From the NCBI RefSeq assembly GCF_009914755.1, contig NC_060936.1: a stretch of DNA of 64,000 bases. One strand, given 5' to 3'. The notes under the pieces are model-generated. The model was given only the letters and a program-made list of their open reading frames with translations. It did no database searches and was not told the DNA's origin. Made by a program: the position numbers and the translations under genes. The DNA is from the human T2T-CHM13v2.0 reference genome, Homo sapiens. Positions 51,610 to 64,000 of the stretch are shown piece after piece (within the stretch, counting starts at the first letter, position 1; the number at the start of each line of letters is the position of its first letter).

Positions 51610-52628
51610 TTATAAAGCTCCATTTCCACCCCTCTTTTTAGTTTAGGAAGTTTACCGTTATCGGTGAAGTAATTATTTTGTTAATTACAAAGGTAAGTAG
51701 GTTCTTTCTGAACAATCAGGATGTAAACTTAATGCTAGTGAAGTAATTAAACATTTTGAATGTTAATTAAACTCAGTCCAGTTAAGGGTTTTATTTACTA
51801 CTAACAAACGTATTCACCGTGTGCTAAGTGCTGCAGGGAATCCCAGCCCGTTTTCCTCCATCTAAAAGGAAAATTAGGAGGTCCCAATACTTTACTTGTA
51901 GATTTTCCAGTTTCTACCATTCCCTGTAAGGCACTGAGACGCAAGATTTCAAGGCCCACTCGGGGTACCCTGGCATGGACATCGAGTCGTTCTAGCGCTG
52001 AGCTTCAAAACTATTCCTTTCCTTCCCTTTCTTCTTCATACCAGACTCTAATCTGTTCTCCCTAGCTTCGAATTATTCACTGTATGGTCGAACATCTTAC
52101 TCCACAAATAACCTCTGAAGTGTTGCAGTTGTCTTACCCAAATACCTGAACTCAGCTTGTCCCGAGTACTGCGATCCCGCGTACTGCTAATGGGAATATA
52201 GTTAACCCAACTAGTATGAGGTCCCCAGTACACAGCAGCTCCAAGATCAAGGCGACCGAGTAACACTGCTTGCCTAGACTCAGGCCAAGTTCGGAGAGTG
52301 ATCCTGGGGTTATTTTAGAACGTGTCCCTTGCTTCCCAGAAAAATTCAGTCGTTAACTCAAGTCCAGATGCCCAATGACCATTCGGATAAGGTGAGCTAA
52401 AGCTTCAATGCCTTGAGGGGCTTGGCAGGGCTCGGGCTCATCCCGGAGAAGCAGCCCCGCTTTCCAGACTAGCAGTTCCCAGGGATGGGTGTGTGCTAAT
52501 CGCAGGCCAACAAGCCCAGCGCGGTACAGAGGTCCCATTGTGACCGGAGGCGAGAAACCCCGCCTCGGCACCCTGACGCAGCGCAGGACCCGCCCCGCGC
52601 GTGACGCCAGCGTCAGGCCAGCCCCGGC

Positions 52629-53051
52629 ATGCTCTGCGGCCGCCCGCGGTCCAGCTCCGACAACAGGAATTTTCTCCGAGAGCGGGCCGGGCTCAGTTCA
52701 GCTGCTGTCCAGACCCGGATCGGCAACAGTGCCGCCTCCAGACGTTCTCCTGCCGCTCGCCCGCCCGTCCCAGCGCCCCCAGCCCTCCCGCGAGGGCGCC
52801 CCGGGACGGAAGGATCCACCAGTCTGTCGGCGCCCGCCGTTCTCGTGGTCGCCGTCGCCGTCGTCGTGGTGGTAGTCTCCGCCGTCGCCTGGGCCATGGC
52901 CAATTACATCCACGTCCCTCCCGGCTCCCCGGAGGTGCCCAAGCTGAACGTCACCGTTCAGGATCAGGAGGAGCATCGCTGCCGGGAGGGGGCCCTGAGC
53001 CTCCTGCAACACCTGCGGCCTCACTGGGACCCCCAGGAGGTGACCCTGCAG
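52629..53051 (+). CDS. ETNK1: ETNK1 coding exon 1, long isoform start (141 codons, phase-0 donor); gene continues beyond the window
   Basis: Translation MLCGRPRSSSDNRNFLRERAG...MANYIHVPPGSPEVPKLNVTVQDQEEHRCREGALSLLQHLRPHWDPQEVTLQ matches the recalled human ethanolamine kinase 1 N-terminus. The exon ends at CAG|GTAACG (GT at 53052) and lies within a CpG island. Confidence 0.95.
52896..53051 (+). CDS. ETNK1: ETNK1 exon 1 from the downstream strong-Kozak ATG (MANYIHVPP..., shorter isoform)
   Basis: GGGCC-ATG-G at 52896 is an optimal Kozak context, in frame with 52629 (codon 90). Confidence 0.9.
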
Positions 53052-55569
53052 GTAACGCCCACACCTCAGCTCTGGGTCTCTTATGCCCCTCACGCGGCTC
53101 TGGGGGTCCTCACCACAATCGCCTCTGTCCCACGATGACCGAGGAGGACCTAGGGCAACATCTCCTTAAGTCTATTGGGAAGTGACCCTGTATTTCCCCT
53201 CACACCTAGGAGGGTCACTCCCCCTTCCCGTGGCAGTTGCTCTTTGAGATTGACCTGAGGCACATTTTCTCTTTCTAGAAGCCGCTGCGTAAGTGACGGA
53301 CCCATCCACGGGGGGAGATTCCTGCTGATAGTTGCCCCTCCTCCCACTCCCCAGTCCACGGTCACTGCAAAATGAACCTTTCCACTCCCCTTGCACGGGG
53401 TCCTCGTCTACCTCCTCCCCTCCCACCAGTAATGCAGTCATTAATCCTCTCTGATCTTTCCTTCCTCTCCCCTCCCCCTGCGATGTGCTTTCATTGATGC
53501 CTCACACTGCGTTTTGTCTTCCCAAACCCTAGCGTACTCAATTCCCAAAGTAATGACCACGACCATGCATCGCTAGGTCGGTTCTTAGGCAGCACCACAC
53601 ACATTGTTTTGTTTGAGTCGATATTTCTGAATTATTAAAGTCGTCTTACTGAAATTAATACCTGATACTAGAAGGAGCAGTGGCTTGTGACTGTTTCCTT
53701 TTCATGAGACACCGTGTTGATAGAGAAAAAATTGGGAGGAAAAAAATCCCTGAGACTCTAGGAGTTTTCTAATAAGTTGGAAGTTATGATTTCCACTACG
53801 TGATTTTTTTTGAATACTAATCTGTTTTTAGCTTTAGTTTCAGGAACTAGATACAAAAATAGATCTCTTTTTCTCCTTTTCCCTTGCAAACAAAAAAAAA
53901 CAGTAATTTTCAAGATTGGGATATTTGGGATTTGTTCTAAATCTGAGCAATAATGTAAGAACATTCATTTGAATTAGCCAAATCATCTGCCTCGTTTTGA
54001 TGACTAATTTATTCACCAATATTTGTTGATTTATTTGCTAAATTCTTCGCTAAACTAGCCAGCCACCCACACAAAGATGAATAAAACATGAGCAGTGCCT
54101 AGGGCCCAGAACAGTTCCTGACACTTGGGTTTTCATGTGTTAGTTTCAGTTCTTATTACCTAGAAGAGTTTTTAAGCAGATTATTTTAAAGGACCCGTAT
54201 GTTTTGGAGAAGAAACTTGTTAGACAACAAATTTTGAAATTTAAGGGAGTATTTGTTAGCCGAGAATATAGGAAATAGTGAATCCAAAGTGATTTTTATG
54301 TCATTTAAAAAATATATTTCCTTTAAAGGAAATGTGTCTTCCAAATTGAAATTCAGTACTTGTTTAGTTTATCAATTTGTTTGTATTTTATTATATAAGA
54401 CTCTAAAATTTATTAAGATGATTTGTTTTCTGGCAGTCACTTATACATAAAACATTATTAATTAAAAAGTGCTACTTCCTGGTAAACTCTAGTGTTGGCA
54501 GATCAGTTACTTTTAAGCAGTGACTTTAAAGTTTAAAGCTTTGAAGACTGGAATTTCCTTTGATGTATTTGTCTGTAGAATAGTAATAATAGCTACTGTG
54601 GGGTTAGTTAAATTATTTTTTTTTTTATCTTAGTCGCCCAAACAACCATATTAGGTAGGCACTATCATTTTAGGTGAAACTCAGTGAAGTAAGCCAGGAT
54701 GTAGGTAAAAAAGGGCAAAATGTAGTGACATTAAACTGTTTTTGCTTGTTGGAAAGTAACTACGTGTGTTTAAATCTTGGTTTCTTGTAGCAACTTTTAA
54801 CCTAAAGACCTTTGGGTTTATAATCCGAATTTTTAATATTTGTAAGTGCAGGTAAATACTACCATTTATTTTTCCCTAAGATGATTATTAGTTAGAAATA
54901 CATTCCCTCCATGTGCAAGCAAAGCTTTGGTCTAGAAGCTGTCCTAAAAGCATCTGCTAAGCTGAATTGATGATTATTCACCTTTCAACTCAGTAGATCT
55001 GGCTCCTTGCATTCTAGGTCATTGCAAACACTACTTTCATAATGGTTCAGAATTTCTTTAGTAAATCTCAAAGGAAATATTTTCTTTTGAGATTTTACTG
55101 TATTTCCCTTGAAATAGATAAGAATCATACCTCACATTTCAGAGGAAGTATGTATTATATAGTCGACAGAGTATAATGTAATTTTAGAGCAGTCGAGTAT
55201 CAGTAATGTAGCCTGTTTTTTTCTCAGTTTTTTTCTAACATTTTTGTATGTTTAAGATATACTTTAAATGTACTTTAGAAACTTACTGTAGTAATACTTA
55301 TCTGGTGATTGATTATTCCTGCAAGCTGAACTATCCAGAGCATATCAGAAAATAAAAAGAAAAAAACAAGCTAAAAAAGACTTACTAGAGTCAAAATGAT
55401 AGAAGGCCCAGTCTTTGCTCAGAATTTGTGGGTACATGGAGTAAATATATCTCATTTTAGACAGAATTCCTGTTCTTACTAGATTAAAAGAATAAATTAT
55501 AAAGGAGATGGTGAGGTTTTCGGAGTATAGTAGCAGAATAGGCAGAGTAAATCTAAAACAACAATACAG

Positions 55570-56600
55570 CCACAGTGCTTTGTATTTAATAATCCTTTAC
55601 TGTTTATAAAGCACTTTCACATGCATTCTCCCAACTATCCTGTGAGGTAGATGTAGACGGTACTGTTAATATGTATCATATAGTTAATGAAACTGAATTT
55701 GCCGTTTACAAATGGCAGATCTGAGATGATAAACCATCTTATGAATTATTGTTCTATGACCAAGAGTTTTGTTTGTATATTATGATTTAGGCAGGGAAGG
55801 TGCTTCTGTATAAAATTAATTTCTTAAAAGCTTTGGCTCATAAAAAGATTCTGCTTTAAAGTTCCCTTGAACATAAATTTGCATTACTTTTTTCATATGT
55901 GACACCATTTTAGGAAAAAGGGATTACTTAAGCTTTCCTTCACGAGTTACTTTTGTTGTGTAACAACTGTTTAACTTATTTGAAGATTTTGATTTTTAAT
56001 TTTTATACTTTTCTTTGGAGAGTCATCGTATAAAGGAATAAAGAATCAAGTCAGATCTCAGGTCCATAATAATTCTCAACGGACTCTTAAAATTGTTTTT
56101 CATTTTCTGAAGAGCTGATGAATTAGTGTTTGGAATATTCCAGTTATGTTGTCTCAGGGTCTTTCTGTTTGCAGTATTAAGCAACGTTGTTTTTCTCACT
56201 AACTTGTCACTATGAATTTTTCCATTACTTGGGACTTATAGTAGATAATGGCAAAGGCTTCATAGGTAGGAATTAATACCGTAATTATTATTTAACATTA
56301 CAAAACTAATATATTTATTCCTTTGTTGGGTCTAAATGAGATTGCTTGCTATATGGTACCTTATAGCAACTTAGCTTTTCAATAACAGTGTGTTACAGTG
56401 CTCAAGAGCATGGGGTTTGAACACAGTGCTAGTTTTGAGTCCAGATTCTATACTTTACTAGCTTTGTTACTCTGGTCAAATCATTAAACTTCCTGTCTCA
56501 GTATCCTGAGCTGTAAAATTGATCCAGTAGTTGTCCCTACCTCAATGGGTTATTGTGAGGGTAAAATAAATGCTGTCTTTCATGATAATTATTATTGCTG
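55570..56600. mobile_element. MIR fragments (+ ~55570-55740; - ~56385-56600)
   Basis: aactatcctgtgaggtag...aatgaaactga and ctcagtatcctgagctgtaaaat...gggttattgtgagg. Confidence 0.6.
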
Positions 56601-58059
56601 CTGAGCACCTACTATATATTGGATACTTGAATCAAAAAACAAATATTTGCTCTTTGAAATTCCTAGTCCGATGGGGAAGACAAATAAGAAAATTATAACA
56701 ACGTAATGTTTATGGAATGAACATTCAAATTTAGTTCACATGCAAAGATTACCCAAGAAGTTTAAAAAATGTACTGTTCTTTCTGCTTTACTACAGGTTT
56801 TTGCCTGTTATTGAATGCATATTTTAAAAAATCTTTTCATCATTTTTTTAAGCATATGTATTCTATCATGGAAATTAATCTTTGTGTTAGGTTGTGTAGC
56901 TACACAGCAGTTTTCATATCCTTCCTCTTTCTAACAGTGTTGGAGGTAGTTACCTAAATAATCTATTAAAAACCTGTAACTCCTCTTAATATTGATAGTT
57001 GATATTTTATATTGGTCTTTGCCTTAAAGGAAGAAGAAAAAGCCAGATCTATACAATTGCTGTGTTAAGTTATGTCTCCACTAGTGTTCTGATATAATAA
57101 TTGATTTTCTTTTCTGTTTTTAAAAAGATGAGTTTGTTCCTTTAAGCAGTAGCTTCTGAAAAGTCTTAGGTAAGCTAATGTAGTAAGTTACGGCTAATTT
57201 TTTAATATATTAAAAAAGTAAACAATATATTAGTTTACTTTCCCTAAGATTATAGGAAATCTTGAGTCCTGTAGATACAAATAAGGAGTCATGGTTTATA
57301 TTCAGTGTAACTTTTAATGTTAGTGATTACATCCAGTTTTCTGTTTCCTATTCCCTCCCTGTCTTCAGCATTTTAGAATAATAAAGTATATAAAGTTTAA
57401 TAGACGCCCATCAAAAACATGAAATATTTGTTAGGCTCCCATGTATTTTATTAAGATGTGACTATGAAGACAGGAGCCTAAAGTGCTAGTTTGTTTTCCT
57501 GTATAATAGCCATGTAACTTGGACTACACAAACTGCGTCACATCTTTTTGGGGACTGAGCATAATGTGGAAAGAGGATGGTTTTTGAATATTATTTCCAG
57601 CCATTTATAACCTTTGGCAAGTTTTAAAGTCTCTATAAAATGGTATTACCTTGGAAAGTAGTCATGAGAATTCAATGAAATACCTACAATTACGCATCGC
57701 ATGTTTTGGTACTATGTTCTGCCACCTCTCATTTCCAATTCTCCCATCCCAACTGAGAGAATTGTGAGCTCCTAAAATTCAGTAATTCTGACATGTGTTT
57801 TTTGTACTAGCTGTAATGCTAGTTTTCAGTAAGAGTCCTTGTACAACTAACTGTAGCACAAGGTAGGCATAGAAGAACGTAGGACAGAAGGCTTCATAGA
57901 GGTGGGGGTACCTGAGCTAAGCTTTGAAGGGTAGATGAGATCAGATTGAAAAGGGAAACATTTCTGAGCAAGGAAAACTATCTCACAAAGGCAATGAAGC
58001 TAGACTTTGAGTAGCTTACTCATCATTTAGGACATCATGGGAAGCCACTGGATATTTTT

Positions 58060-58386
<327 letters not shown>

Positions 58387-58637
58387 TAAGCAGGTAAATT
58401 ATATCATGTATTAGAGAAGTGACAGGCAACAATGTAGAGAAGGGTTGTTTGAGGGAAATGTTTTAAATTGGGAAATAATGATCACTCAGGACATTGGTTT
58501 TGAAACTAGTGGTTACCATACATTAATAGGATGCCAAATCAATATAGTGTCTTGAGACCATTACAGTTTAAAAAGATGAGTTAGAATAAGTTATGGTAGA
58601 GGTTACATCAGACAGAGCCTTGCAAGTAGTAAGGTAA

Positions 58638-58941
<304 letters not shown>

Positions 58942-59359
58942 TAAGTATTCTTTTGTGAAGTGTGCTTTAGTTTTATGTAAAAGTGTCTATGTACATATTA
59001 TATCAAATGATAAATATATTTCTTCCTGTGTATTGCATTTAAAAAGTTTGAGAAAATAATTTGAGAGAGACTGTTGTGTTAGTCCAGACAAGAGGTGCTG
59101 GGGCCCAGATTAGGACAGATGAGATGGAAATAAGGTACAGATTTCACATTTCAGAAAATAAATGTGCAGGACTTGTCAATTGATTACAGGTTAGGGAAGA
59201 AAGAAGATTAAGGTGTTTTTTGTAGGGGAAGGAGTGGATGACAAAGATAGGGAAGTAGTAGAAGACCTTTAAGAAATCAGAGGTTCTATTTCTCTTTATT
59301 TTGTTTTCTAAGGAGTTATTTTACTCTTTGATATACCAGATTGGCTATAAATACATTTT

Positions 59360-64000
<4,641 letters not shown>

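Larger units (their letters stand above)
52420..53150. promoter_or_regulatory. ETNK1: CpG island and ETNK1 promoter
   Basis: Abrupt GC- and CpG-rich segment in an AT-rich background. GC box CCGCCCCG at ~52590, TGACG half-CRE sites at 52574, 52602 and 52611, CCAAT at ~52372, no TATA box. Confidence 0.9.

Noticed and set aside
52353-53441. Several overlapping ORFs on both strands (128, 194, 131 and 96 aa)
   Set aside because: Expected stop-codon scarcity in a CpG island. Only the ETNK1 frame has a recognisable product and splice donor.

Overview
Human (primate) genomic DNA. I recognise the 5' end of ETNK1 (ethanolamine kinase 1, chr12p12) from its protein sequence. Its CpG-island promoter and coding exon 1 lie at ~52.4-53.05 kb on the + strand, followed by ~11 kb of intron 1. 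The upstream ~52 kb is repeat-dense. It holds an old processed LRRC34 pseudogene cut by six Alu insertions (744-3655), a disabled SMIM30 micropeptide retrocopy (23692-24693) and a tailless 5S rRNA fragment. It also holds a MER11 solo LTR sitting back-to-back with a deleted MER41A provirus, a MER41 solo LTR, a chimeric L1MA/L1PB element, a very young ~95-bp L1, Tigger DNA transposons, MaLR LTRs and about 40 Alus. Almost all ORFs in the supplied track are Alu, L1 or low-complexity artefacts. I see no convincing new multi-gene system. The best leads are a frameshift-created 118-aa chimeric ORF at the SMIM30 retrocopy, the hydrophobic N-terminal extension of long ETNK1, the divergent LTR pair and several unusual retrotransposition or fold-back structures. 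Repeat subfamily names come from recalled consensus sequences, not from a search.
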